This document shows positions 1-8,288 of a stretch of DNA of 64,000 nt, piece by piece. The DNA comes from an uncultured Bilophila sp. Its GTDB lineage: Bacteria; Desulfobacterota; Desulfovibrionia; Desulfovibrionales; Desulfovibrionaceae. Location: contig CAJUHZ010000003.1 of the NCBI GenBank assembly GCA_910585945.1, positions 4,240 through 68,239 on the forward strand, written 5' to 3'. Below the pieces are notes generated by a model. The model was not told where the DNA came from. It did not search any database and saw only the letters and a program-made list of their open reading frames with translations. Numbering within the stretch: the stretch's first letter is position 1; every line of letters begins with the position of its first letter. The translations under genes and the position numbers were made by a program.

Positions 1-372
1 GACCTTGAGCTTTTTCAGCATCGCCCTGCCAAGGCGGTTTTTGGGGAGCATGCCGCGCACGGCGATGGTGAGCGCCTCGGCGGGTTTGGCGGCCAGGAGC
101 TTGCCGAGCGTCGTTTCGCGCAAGCCGCCCACATAGCCGGAGTGATTGTAATACTTCTTGGTTGCGAGTTTTGTCCCGGTCACGCGGATTTTCTCGCAAT
201 TCACCACGACGATAAAGTCGCCGTTGTCCATATGCGGAGCGAATTCGGGTTTGTGCTTGCCGCGGAGGCGGTGAGCAATCTGCGCGGCAAGACGGCCGAG
301 AATCTGATTTTCGGCATCCACCACGAACCACTGGTGGTCAATATGCTCCGGTGTGGGGCTGAACGTCTTCAT
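1..372 (-). CDS. rplM: 50S ribosomal protein L13 (3' end cut by window edge)
   Basis: Absent from the ORF track because it runs off the left edge. Minus-strand translation from the ATG at 372..370 reads [44 protein letters not shown]..., a canonical L13 N-terminus. The listed 142..531(+) ORF is its antisense shadow. Confidence 0.93.
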   Translation of the reverse strand, partial: MKTFSPTPEHIDHQWFVVDAENQILGRLAAQIAHRLRGKHKPEFAPHMDNGDFIVVVNCEKIRVTGTKLATKKYYNHSGYVGGLRETTLGKLLAAKPAEALTIAVRGMLPKNRLGRAMLKKLKV

Positions 373-435
373 GCTGAAGCGTCTCCTCTGCTTGATCGCG
401 TACTCCGCAATCTGAAAAAATCTTGTGGAACGCGG

Positions 436-465
436 TTTATAGAATGGAGAAAGGGTGATTGTCAA
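436..465 (-). promoter_or_regulatory. Candidate sigma70-type promoter of rplM
   Basis: The minus strand reads TTGACA (465..460), 18 nt, TATAAA (441..436), about 65 nt upstream of the rplM ATG. Motif match only. Confidence 0.4.
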
Positions 466-649
466 GCGCCCCCGGCCGATTTTCCGGGGCGCGGGCAGGG
501 CGGCCGGCGTCGGGCGGGCCTGCCCCCTTGAAATCGCCCCGCGCCGCGTCTACAACATATGTTCATGAATCGCCTTTCCGGGGGATTCGTTGCCAGGGAT
601 TGTTTGTCGGAAAATGCGGTTTTTGACCAGGGCCTTGCCAGGAGGGATC

Positions 650-1921
650 ATGTCAGCCATTCGAAAGAGCCTGCTGCAACTCATGTTTTCGGGATCCTGC
701 ATGCGCCGGTGGAACGACAAGCTCCGCCCGGTGGAGCTGTACGAAATCGACAAGCAGGCGCACAAGATGATTGTGGCCTGGATGCTCACGCTGCTGAACA
801 GCCGGGAGCCGGACGCCGCCAGGGATATCGATCTCCAATATGAGGTGGTGGAGGGCGGCCTTTTCGATTACCTCTACCGGCTGGTCATCACCGACATCAA
901 GCCGCCCGTATTCTATAAAATCTGTGAAAACAGGCAGGACCGCGCCAAGCTTACGGAATGGGTGCTCGGCGAACTCCGCCCGGTGGTGGAGCCGCTGAAC
1001 GCCGGCTTCTGGGAGCGCCTCCGCGCCTATCACGGCGAACGCGATCGCTCCGGCCTTGCCGACCGCATCCTGCGCGCCGCGCACCTCTACGCTTCGGGCT
1101 GGGAATACAACGTCATCCGGCCGTTCAACGCCTTTGACGAGGAGGCGGACTACATCGCCGGCTCGTTCGTCTCCCAGCTTGGCGAAATGAAAGATCTCAA
1201 GGGGATGGACGATCTCATGGCCGGCGAAAACTTTTTCAGCGACGGACCTTCGGCCCTGGGGCGTTTCGCGCGGCTGTGCGGTCAGCTCCGCTTTCAGATC
1301 CGTTGGGCGGAAACCTCGCGCATTCCGGAAACTTCCGTGCTTGGTCACATGTTTCTGGTAGGGGGCTACGCCTATTTTTGCAGCCTTGTCGTCGGGGCCT
1401 GCCGGGCGCGCAGCGTCAACAATTTCTTTGCCGGGCTTTTTCATGACTTGCCGGAACTTCTGACGCGCGACATCATCACCCCCGTCAAGCGTTCGGTGGA
1501 TCAACTGCCCGCGCTGATCCGCGCCTACGAGCTTGAGGAACTGGAAACGCGCGTCTTCGGCCCTCTGCAAGCGGCCGGGCTGGACGCTCTGGCGCTCCGG
1601 CTCCGGTATTACCTCGGGCTTCTCGGTGACGTGCAGTCGGAATTTGAGGAGACCGTGCGCGACGCGTCCGGCGTGCGCCGGCTTGTCTCCTTTGAGGATC
1701 TTCACGCCAACGGCAACGCCAATGCCCTTGATCCCAAGGACGGGCGGCTGCTCAAGGCGTGCGACAGTCTGGCCGCCTTCATGGAGGCGCACGCCTCCAT
1801 CCGCAATGGCGTGTCTTCCACCGGCCTGTACGAGGCATTGACCCGCATCCGCGCCAGCTTCCGCCAGCAACCGCCTTTGGGCGCGCTTTCGCTCGCCACG
1901 CTGCTCGCGGATTTTGATTAG
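650..1921 (+). CDS. HD-domain metal-dependent phosphohydrolase family protein
   Basis: ORF 590..1921. The ATG at 650 is preceded by GGAGGG. H...HD...D signature present (QAHKM; GLFHDLPELLTRDI). Good coding GC3 pattern. Confidence 0.75.
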   Translation: MSAIRKSLLQLMFSGSCMRRWNDKLRPVELYEIDKQAHKMIVAWMLTLLNSREPDAARDIDLQYEVVEGGLFDYLYRLVITDIKPPVFYKICENRQDRAKLTEWVLGELRPVVEPLNAGFWERLRAYHGERDRSGLADRILRAAHLYASGWEYNVIRPFNAFDEEADYIAGSFVSQLGEMKDLKGMDDLMAGENFFSDGPSALGRFARLCGQLRFQIRWAETSRIPETSVLGHMFLVGGYAYFCSLVVGACRARSVNNFFAGLFHDLPELLTRDIITPVKRSVDQLPALIRAYELEELETRVFGPLQAAGLDALALRLRYYLGLLGDVQSEFEETVRDASGVRRLVSFEDLHANGNANALDPKDGRLLKACDSLAAFMEAHASIRNGVSSTGLYEALTRIRASFRQQPPLGALSLATLLADFD

Positions 1922-2069
1922 AAGTCATTTCATGATTCGTATGAAATACTTCTACCGCCAGACGAAAGTCTGGCGCGGCGCGAAAAGCGCCGTGAATGAG
2001 CCAAAAACCACGTTTTTTGGCGAATGATCTTCATAATTCAGCCCAAAGGCTGAATTATGAAATGAGTTC
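1921..2069 (+). repeat. Family-2 multi-hairpin intergenic repeat, copy 2a (strand = orientation of the shared core GTGAnTGAGC..GATC)
   Basis: About 85% identical to 11443..11590. Hairpins: gaagtcatttcat/atgaaatacttc, gccagac-gaaa-gtctggc, ggcgc-gaaaa-gcgcc, core 1992..2029, and ttcataattcagcc-caaa-ggctgaattatgaa. Starts at the last base of the TAG stop of the HD gene. Confidence 0.85.
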
Positions 2070-2092
2070 TGGGGGCAGTCGGACTTTCCCGC

Positions 2093-2248
2093 CTAGTGTC
2101 TAATTGCAAAAATTCTGCGCAGAATTCTGCGCAGAATTTCTGCAGGATCGTTCGCGAAAAAACGTGGTTTTTCGCTCACTCACGGCGGCTACGCCGCCGT
2201 AAAACCCTTACGGGTTTTGTAGTGTCTACTTTTGCAAGTAGACACTAG
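2093..2248 (-). mobile_element. Family-1 MITE-like element, copy 1A (156 bp)
   Basis: Termini are CTAGTGTCTA ... TAGACACTAG. It equals copy 1B plus a 12-bp internal duplication (ctgcgcagaatt). No ORF. Its right terminus contains the uppP stop codon. Confidence 0.85.
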
Positions 2249-3045
2249 CGCAGGAAGATGTAGACCAGCGGCGCGAGCGCCAGGCGGTACCAGGCGAAGG
2301 GGCGCAGGGTCAGTCTGCCCACCAGGGCGATGAAGGCGCGAATGGCCAGCAGGGCAAAAAGAAAGGAAAACACCATGCCGGAGGCGAAAAGCGGCACGTC
2401 TTCGGGGGTGAAGAGCGCCCATGTTTTCAGCAGTTCGTAGCCGGTGGCGCCAATCATGATGGGCACGGCCGCAATGAAGGAATACTCCGCCGCGACGTCG
2501 CGCCGAGCGCCGAGCAGCATCCCTCCCATGATGGTTGACCCCGATCGCGAGAAGCCCGGCCACAGGGCAAGGCACTGGCACAGCCCTATGCCCAGGGCCA
2601 TGCGCGGCGTCACGTCGTCCAGGCTCAGGCACACGGGCGGGCGCGCCGCGCTGCGTTTTTCGATCAGCAGCATGAGAAGCGCGCCCACGGCCAGCGCCGC
2701 CGCCACGCTTGCCGGCGTGAACAGGGTCTTGATATGCGAGCGCAGGAGCAGTCCGGCCGCACAGGCGGGGAGGGTGGTCAGCAGGAGCAGGCCGATGCCC
2801 CGTTTCCCGGCAAGGCCGGAGCGTCCCTTTGGACACAGCAGCCCAAGAAAGCGCTGCCGGTACAGAACCGCCACCGCCAGAATGGAACCGAGCTGAATGG
2901 CCACGCTGAACGTGCTCGCCTTGTCCCCGGTGAAGCCGAGCAGATTCCCGGCAATGACCAGGTGGCCGGTGGAAGAAATGGGGAGGAACTCGGTAAGCCC
3001 CTGCACAGCGCCCATGATGAAGCCGACGGAAAGCCAGGAATCCAT
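2245..3045 (-). CDS. uppP: Undecaprenyl-diphosphate phosphatase
   Basis: 266 aa. N-terminus GAVQGLTEFLPISSTGHLVI is the BacA/UppP signature. Multi-pass membrane protein. Confidence 0.93.
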   Translation of the reverse strand: MDSWLSVGFIMGAVQGLTEFLPISSTGHLVIAGNLLGFTGDKASTFSVAIQLGSILAVAVLYRQRFLGLLCPKGRSGLAGKRGIGLLLLTTLPACAAGLLLRSHIKTLFTPASVAAALAVGALLMLLIEKRSAARPPVCLSLDDVTPRMALGIGLCQCLALWPGFSRSGSTIMGGMLLGARRDVAAEYSFIAAVPIMIGATGYELLKTWALFTPEDVPLFASGMVFSFLFALLAIRAFIALVGRLTLRPFAWYRLALAPLVYIFLR

Positions 3046-3048
3046 ATT

Positions 3049-3633
3049 CTACTCGCAGGAATCGCAGGGGGTGATGGCGCGCGCCACGAAATGCACGGCT
3101 TCCTCATAGAGCCGGGGCGGCGCGTAGGGCGTCAGCACGCGGGTACGGTTGACGCCAACGACCATGGACATGATGAGCTGCACGGTTTGCGGCACAGGCA
3201 GATCGCGGATGGAGCCGTCTTCAATGCCGCGCCACAGTTCCTGTTCCAGCACCAGGTGCACTTCATTGAACTTGCGGAACATGATGTCCCGCTCGGCGCC
3301 GGTTTTCATGTCGCTGTACGGCGAGCAGCGGACGAGAACCAGCCAGTTGGAGTTCGGGTCCACCGAAAAATCAAGATAGGCGGTGGTGAAGTTGAGCACG
3401 CCTTCCCGGCCGGTTTTCCCTTTGGCGCAGGCTTCGCGCAGGACGCCGAGAAACTCGTTCAACACATCCATGCCGGCGGCGAGAAAAAGTTTTTCCTTGT
3501 TGCCGTAGTGGTGTGTGAGCAGGCCGAGCGCCACGCCCGCCCGTTCGGAAATTTTTTTGAATGTGGTTTCCGCGTAGCCGTATTCGCCAAAAAGCTCCTT
3601 GGCCGCTTTCAGCAGCGCTTCCTTTTTTGTCAT
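3049..3633 (-). CDS. TetR/AcrR family transcriptional regulator
   Basis: MTKKEALLKAAKELFGEYGYAETTFKKISERAGVALGLLTHHYGNKEKLF is a TetR HTH. Start chosen at the internal ATG after GGGGGAG. The ORF is open to 3672. Confidence 0.88.
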   Translation of the reverse strand: MTKKEALLKAAKELFGEYGYAETTFKKISERAGVALGLLTHHYGNKEKLFLAAGMDVLNEFLGVLREACAKGKTGREGVLNFTTAYLDFSVDPNSNWLVLVRCSPYSDMKTGAERDIMFRKFNEVHLVLEQELWRGIEDGSIRDLPVPQTVQLIMSMVVGVNRTRVLTPYAPPRLYEEAVHFVARAITPCDSCE

Positions 3634-3853
3634 GCAGGCTCCCCCTTCGGCGGCCGCTGCCAGTCTGATCAATCAACCGGTTTCATAACGTCGCCTTGGG
3701 GCTTCGTCAACGTGCGGGCGCGTCAGAGCTTTTCAGGTTCGGGGTCCGGATTCCGGCATTGCGGCGAAAAGGCGTCGGGGCAATTCCCCATGCGCCATGC
3801 GGAATTGCCCCGACGGGAGAAACGGGCGGCGGGCTGGACGGGGGCAATGCCCC

Positions 3854-5176
3854 CTATCGATCCGCCTCCGGGTTTGCAACGGGCAGGCGGATCCGGGCCT
3901 TCAGCGAGTCGTAGACCGGGGCGCAGCCAAGGCGGCTGGCGAGCAGCGAAGCCAGAAAGGCGACAAGCGCGGTTCCCGGCAGGCAGGCGACGGTTCCGGA
4001 CATTTCCAGCACCAGAGCGATTCCGGTCAGGGGCGCGCGCACGCTGGCGGCGAACAGACCGGCCATGCCGAACACGATAAACGCGTCCGCTCCCGCGGGG
4101 TCCATGAGACCGGCCGCCGCAAGCGCTCCGCCGGTCGCGTGACCGGCCAGAGCGCCGATGCACAGCAGCGGCATGAGCAGACCGCCCGGCACGTTCCCCA
4201 TATAGCTGAAAATGGAGAAGGTCATTTTCAGCACAAAGAGCAGCAGGAGCAGGCGCATGGGGGTGGGCGCGGTCCCCAGGGTAACGATCAGGCCGTCGCC
4301 CCCGCCGAGCACCTGAGGAAAGGTGAAGGCCAGCACTCCGGCCACGAGCAGGGCGGGCAGGGTGCGCAGACCCGTGGGCAGCGGGTTCCGCCTCGCTTCC
4401 GCGTCCTTGAAGCGGATCAGAAGGACGTTGTAGGCGACGCCAAGCACGCCGATCAGCCCGCCGAGAAGGAGCAGCGCCCACCATTGGGAAAACGGCGGCG
4501 GCGTGAAGTGCGCAAAAGGAAAAAGCCGCCCCAGGCCGAACAGCCGCGCGGCCACCGTTTGCGCGGCAAATGCGGCTGTCAGCGCGAAAAGAATGTTGAC
4601 CGGCGTGAGCCGATTCTTCATTTCCTCAAAAGCAAAAAGAATTCCTGCGACAGGCGCGCCAAAGGCGGCGGCCAGGCCGGCGGCCGCCCCGCCGATGACC
4701 CAGGGACTTTCAGTCGTTTCGGGGTGACGGGCAAAGCTCCCCGCGATCGCGCCCACGGCGCTTCCCATCTGCACGCAGGGGCCTTCGCGTCCCAGGGAAA
4801 GCCCGCCCAGCAGGGCCAGCCAGCTCCCGGCAAACTTGGCCGCCAGCAAGCGGGCCCAGGCCACGGGCGCAAGGACGATCCGTCCGGCCAGGGTCAGCTC
4901 AGTTTGTGGAATGCCGCTTCCCGGAATCAGCGGAACCGCCGCGACAAGACGGCCGATGAGCGCCGCCACGAGAACAAGAACCAGCCCCCAGAACGGAATG
5001 ATTGACCAGTGTTCACCCGCCGTGCCGAACCAGTGCAGGAGTTTGGCGGAACTCCAGTTGTGCACCGTGCGGAAACAGGCGACCACCACGCCGACGCAAA
5101 GCCCTGTGACAAGGCCATGCCCGCAGGCGGCGACGGGACCGGGCAGCTTCCCTCCGGGTAGAACGTCTTTCTCCAT
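3854..5176 (-). CDS. ClC family voltage-gated chloride channel / H+-Cl- antiporter
   Basis: 440 aa. Contains the ClC filter motifs GSGIPQ, GREGP and GAPVAGILFAFEE. Highly hydrophobic. Confidence 0.9.
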   Translation of the reverse strand: MEKDVLPGGKLPGPVAACGHGLVTGLCVGVVVACFRTVHNWSSAKLLHWFGTAGEHWSIIPFWGLVLVLVAALIGRLVAAVPLIPGSGIPQTELTLAGRIVLAPVAWARLLAAKFAGSWLALLGGLSLGREGPCVQMGSAVGAIAGSFARHPETTESPWVIGGAAAGLAAAFGAPVAGILFAFEEMKNRLTPVNILFALTAAFAAQTVAARLFGLGRLFPFAHFTPPPFSQWWALLLLGGLIGVLGVAYNVLLIRFKDAEARRNPLPTGLRTLPALLVAGVLAFTFPQVLGGGDGLIVTLGTAPTPMRLLLLLFVLKMTFSIFSYMGNVPGGLLMPLLCIGALAGHATGGALAAAGLMDPAGADAFIVFGMAGLFAASVRAPLTGIALVLEMSGTVACLPGTALVAFLASLLASRLGCAPVYDSLKARIRLPVANPEADR

Positions 5177-5244
5177 ATCTCCTCCAGATTGGAGGCAGGA
5201 TAGCGCACCGGCGGGAAACGTCCATTATAGGCGTTCCCAGCGGA

Positions 5245-5344
5245 GGCAAACGCTCGGCGGCCGCGAGAGCGGACGCCCGTGCCGAACAAGCGGGCAAACC
5301 GCGTTTTGCCGCGCCTGTCCCGCTCCGTAGGGAAGTGACGGCAA
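5245..5344 (+). repeat. Family-4 100-bp intergenic repeat, copy 4a
   Basis: About 95% identical to the reverse complement of 34926..35025 (ggcaaacgc.cggcggccgcgagagcggacgcccgtgccgaacaagc.gg.aaaccgcgttttgccgcgcctgtcccgctccg..gggaagtgacggcaa). Confidence 0.85.
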
Positions 5345-5383
5345 CCCCGCGATTGAAAACGAATATTTTCGATCGCAAATGTC

Positions 5384-5551
5384 TGGGGTCAGCCCTCATT
5401 AAAATGCCGTCCGCAAAAAGCCGTTTTTTCCGGCCGGCAAGGGGCAGACATTGGGCGAAGCTGTATTGGACATGGTCAATGTTGGTCCTGCAACGCCGCC
5501 GGATGTAAAAAGGCGGCTATGCGGCAGGCGGGTTCATGGGGGCTGATCCCA
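5384..5551 (+). mobile_element. Family-3 MITE-like element, copy 3a
   Basis: About 85% identical to 26716..26876 and to the reverse complement of 46692..46866. Termini are ggggtcagccctcat.. / ..catgggggctgatccc. Overlaps the 3' end of holB. Confidence 0.8.
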
Positions 5552-6437
5552 GCACATGCAGGCGGATCGCCAGCCGGTCCAGAACAAGCGCGGGGCTGAC
5601 CAGGGCATCGACGGACGCCTGGCTTTCGGCCAGAATGTCGCCTGCTTCCAGGCGAAGCAGATCGGGAAGTCGCGCCAGATGGTGGGCAAGGGTTCCGGGC
5701 GTGCACGGCGCGCGTCGGGCAAGGACGTCGGCCAGCGTTTTTTGCGTCAGCGCGATCACGCGGCGGGCCAGGGGCGCATCCACCGCGCCCTTGCGCGAAG
5801 TCAGGGCGAACCATCCCTGACCGGTAGCCGCGAAGCGGGCCAGGGCGGCTTCCCATTCACGCAGTTCCGGCGCGAGCGGGGCGGAGGCGTTCCAGGGCAG
5901 GGTCAGCGTCCAGCCGCGTGAAACAAGCGTGGGGAGCAGGCGTTGCCGTTGCGGCGCGAGGAGCAGAAAGCAAACGTCGGGCTTGGGTTCTTCCAGCGAC
6001 TTGAGCAGGGCGTTGGCGGCTTCCGTGCCGAGCGCCTGGGCTTCGGCAAAAATGACGACGCGCCTGCCTTCCCCGCGCGGCGGCTCGCCCAGGACGACGC
6101 GAAGTTCGCGCACGCTTTCGATTTTGATGCTTCCTTCCCGTCCGTCCAGAAAAAAGAGATCCTTGAAGACGCCGGCCCCGATTTGCAGACAGGACGGGCA
6201 TTCAAGACAGGGGCGCTCGCCCTCCGCCCGGCAGTTGAGGCGCGCCGCCTGCCACAGGGCCACGCTTGCGCGTTCGCTCGCCGTGCCGCCTTCCAGAATC
6301 AGCACTTGCGGGGGATCGTCCGCGATGCGGTCGAGGGTTTCCCGCAGGCGCGCCTGTCGCGGCGTCAGCGCTTCGGTGAACGCCTCCCGCGCCTGTTCCC
6401 GTGTGGGGAGTTCCGGTTCCGTTGGTTTTGCAGCCAT
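5517..6437 (-). CDS. holB: DNA polymerase III subunit delta-prime
   Basis: 306 aa. Clamp-loader pattern: CLECPSCLQI zinc module, VVIFAEAQALGTEAANALLKSLEEP, and TLVSRG sensor motif. Confidence 0.85.
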   Translation of the reverse strand: MAAKPTEPELPTREQAREAFTEALTPRQARLRETLDRIADDPPQVLILEGGTASERASVALWQAARLNCRAEGERPCLECPSCLQIGAGVFKDLFFLDGREGSIKIESVRELRVVLGEPPRGEGRRVVIFAEAQALGTEAANALLKSLEEPKPDVCFLLLAPQRQRLLPTLVSRGWTLTLPWNASAPLAPELREWEAALARFAATGQGWFALTSRKGAVDAPLARRVIALTQKTLADVLARRAPCTPGTLAHHLARLPDLLRLEAGDILAESQASVDALVSPALVLDRLAIRLHVLGSAPMNPPAA

Positions 6438-6467
6438 GACAGTCCTGCCTCTTGTCGCCCAAACCGT

Positions 6468-8210
6468 TCACATGCCGACGGCAAGGCGTTTTTCCAGATC
6501 CGGGGCGGGGCTGACCAACAGCCCTTCCTCATATCTGTCCACGCGCGTTTCTCCGGCGCGGCCGCCCCGCAGGGGGTGAACGTGACCGGCCAGGGCGCGC
6601 ACCACGTCCACGGGGCTTTCATCCTTTTTCCAGCTTTTGAGAATGGCCAGGGAGCCGGCTTCCTGAAGCGTGGCGGCGGGGATTTCCTGCCCGGCATGAT
6701 CCCGGCGAACAATCACATGCGCGCCGGGGCCGCCGCCCACATGCAACCAGAGATCGTGCGGGGCCGCCAGCTTGAGCACGGCGGCATTGCCGGCGGCGTC
6801 ACGGCCGCGAAGGATGAGAAAGCCGTCGGAACTCCGGAAGAGCTGGACGTTTTTCGGCCAGTCCCGCCCCCCATTCCGCCCGTGTCGGCGGGCGCTCTCT
6901 GTTCCCGGCGAGAGCGTCCGGGGCGTCCGGGGCCTTCCGGACGCGCTGACGCCGGCTCCGGATCGGGCTGGCTTGCGTGTCCCTTCAAGCCCGGCGCGCG
7001 CACGCACGGCCGCCTGCTCGGCCTGTTCGAGTTCGGCGGCCACGCTTTCCCGCCGTCCGGCGAGCATGGCAAGGCCGCGTTTGCCCCGGCGCGCCGTATG
7101 GAAGAGCGCGGCCATATTCTCCCGCACGGTCAGGCGAGGGTTCAGGACGATCCGGCGGCCCTGATTCGCATCGGGCCTTTCCGTGCCGCGCGCGTCCGGG
7201 ACATGCAACTCCGGGGCGCCCATCTCCGGCGCAGGCGTTTCCGGGGCGGAGAGCGCCGGGGGCAGGAGCACGGCGGCCTGTTTTTCATCCGGGCCAAACA
7301 GGTAGAGACAGGTCTGGAGGGCCAGGGCGTCGTCTCCGGCCGCCTGCATTCGGCTCAGGCGGGCTTCTTCATCGTCAAGTTTGGCAAGCAGGCGTCTCAG
7401 TCGCGCGGCTTCAGCCAGATGGGGACGGGCGCGCTCCGCGCCCGCGCGATCGGCCAGATCGCGCAGGACGCGGCGTTCGCCGGCCAGGGCCGCCGCTTCG
7501 AGGGCGTTTTCCAGCACGCGTTCGTTCAGATTTCCGCCGGGGGCGGGTCGCTTGCGCCGCACCTCCTCAGGCAGGGGCCAGGCGAAAAGTTCGCGCCTGC
7601 CGGCTTCGTCTTCATAAAGGAAGAGATCGCCGCCGCCGGCTTCCAGATCAAGCAGCAATGCGGCCTGTTCTTCTGGCGGAAGCGATGCGAGCGTCCGGCG
7701 CAGGGCAGGCGTGAGCACTGGCCAGTTCCGCCAGTCTTCCCCTTGCGCGGCGCGCGCCTGTTCGGGGGACGGCCAGCGGGGCGGCGGGGGATCGTCCGGC
7801 GCGCGGCGCAGCAGCCGCACGCCTTCCCGCAGATCAAGGCAGAGCCACAGCCCGCCGCATTCTCCCTGTTCCGAATCCGGAATGCGCTCTTGCCCCGATG
7901 AGGGAAAATGCAGGTACAGACGTCGTTCCACCCAATCGTCGAAAGCGGCGATCACACGCCGGCCAGCGAGGTGCTTGCGCAGAAACATGACGGAAGCGGG
8001 CGGCTGGCTTCCGTCGGAAATCTTGTGATCGGCAAGAAAGAGGAAGGGGGTCTTGCGCCCAGCCTTCAAAAAGAGGTAACGCTTGCGGCCATGCCCGTAC
8101 AGGGTGAAGACAGTGACGTCCGCCCCGGGCTGGTGGATTTTTTCCAGCCGGCAACCGGTGAGCGCCGGCGTCAGCTCCGCACAGATCCGGCGAAAAACAT
8201 GACAATCCAT
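6468..8210 (-). CDS. NFACT-family (FbpA/RqcH-like, DUF814) RNA-binding protein
   Basis: 580 aa. N-terminal NFACT-N-like region. The C-terminal FRSSDGFLILRGRDAAGNAAVL...LWLHVGGGPGAHVIV matches the NFACT-R/DUF814 signature. Confidence 0.75.
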   Translation of the reverse strand: MDCHVFRRICAELTPALTGCRLEKIHQPGADVTVFTLYGHGRKRYLFLKAGRKTPFLFLADHKISDGSQPPASVMFLRKHLAGRRVIAAFDDWVERRLYLHFPSSGQERIPDSEQGECGGLWLCLDLREGVRLLRRAPDDPPPPRWPSPEQARAAQGEDWRNWPVLTPALRRTLASLPPEEQAALLLDLEAGGGDLFLYEDEAGRRELFAWPLPEEVRRKRPAPGGNLNERVLENALEAAALAGERRVLRDLADRAGAERARPHLAEAARLRRLLAKLDDEEARLSRMQAAGDDALALQTCLYLFGPDEKQAAVLLPPALSAPETPAPEMGAPELHVPDARGTERPDANQGRRIVLNPRLTVRENMAALFHTARRGKRGLAMLAGRRESVAAELEQAEQAAVRARAGLEGTRKPARSGAGVSASGRPRTPRTLSPGTESARRHGRNGGRDWPKNVQLFRSSDGFLILRGRDAAGNAAVLKLAAPHDLWLHVGGGPGAHVIVRRDHAGQEIPAATLQEAGSLAILKSWKKDESPVDVVRALAGHVHPLRGGRAGETRVDRYEEGLLVSPAPDLEKRLAVGM

Positions 8211-8288
8211 GGAGTATGCTCCGGCCGCGGCCCGGCTGTGCCGGGAGAGGTTCTGATGAAAAAAGCCCCTTGCGGGGCTGGTTCGCGC

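Noticed and set aside
142-531. 129-aa plus-strand ORF at the left edge.
   Set aside because: It is the antisense shadow of rplM, whose minus-strand translation is a textbook L13 N-terminus.
2189-4080. Overlapping alternative-frame ORFs across uppP and the TetR gene (2189..2836, 2734..4080, 2778..3107 and others).
   Set aside because: They are alternative frames or antisense to clearly identified uppP, TetR and ClC genes. Their composition is typical of GC-rich off-frame translation.
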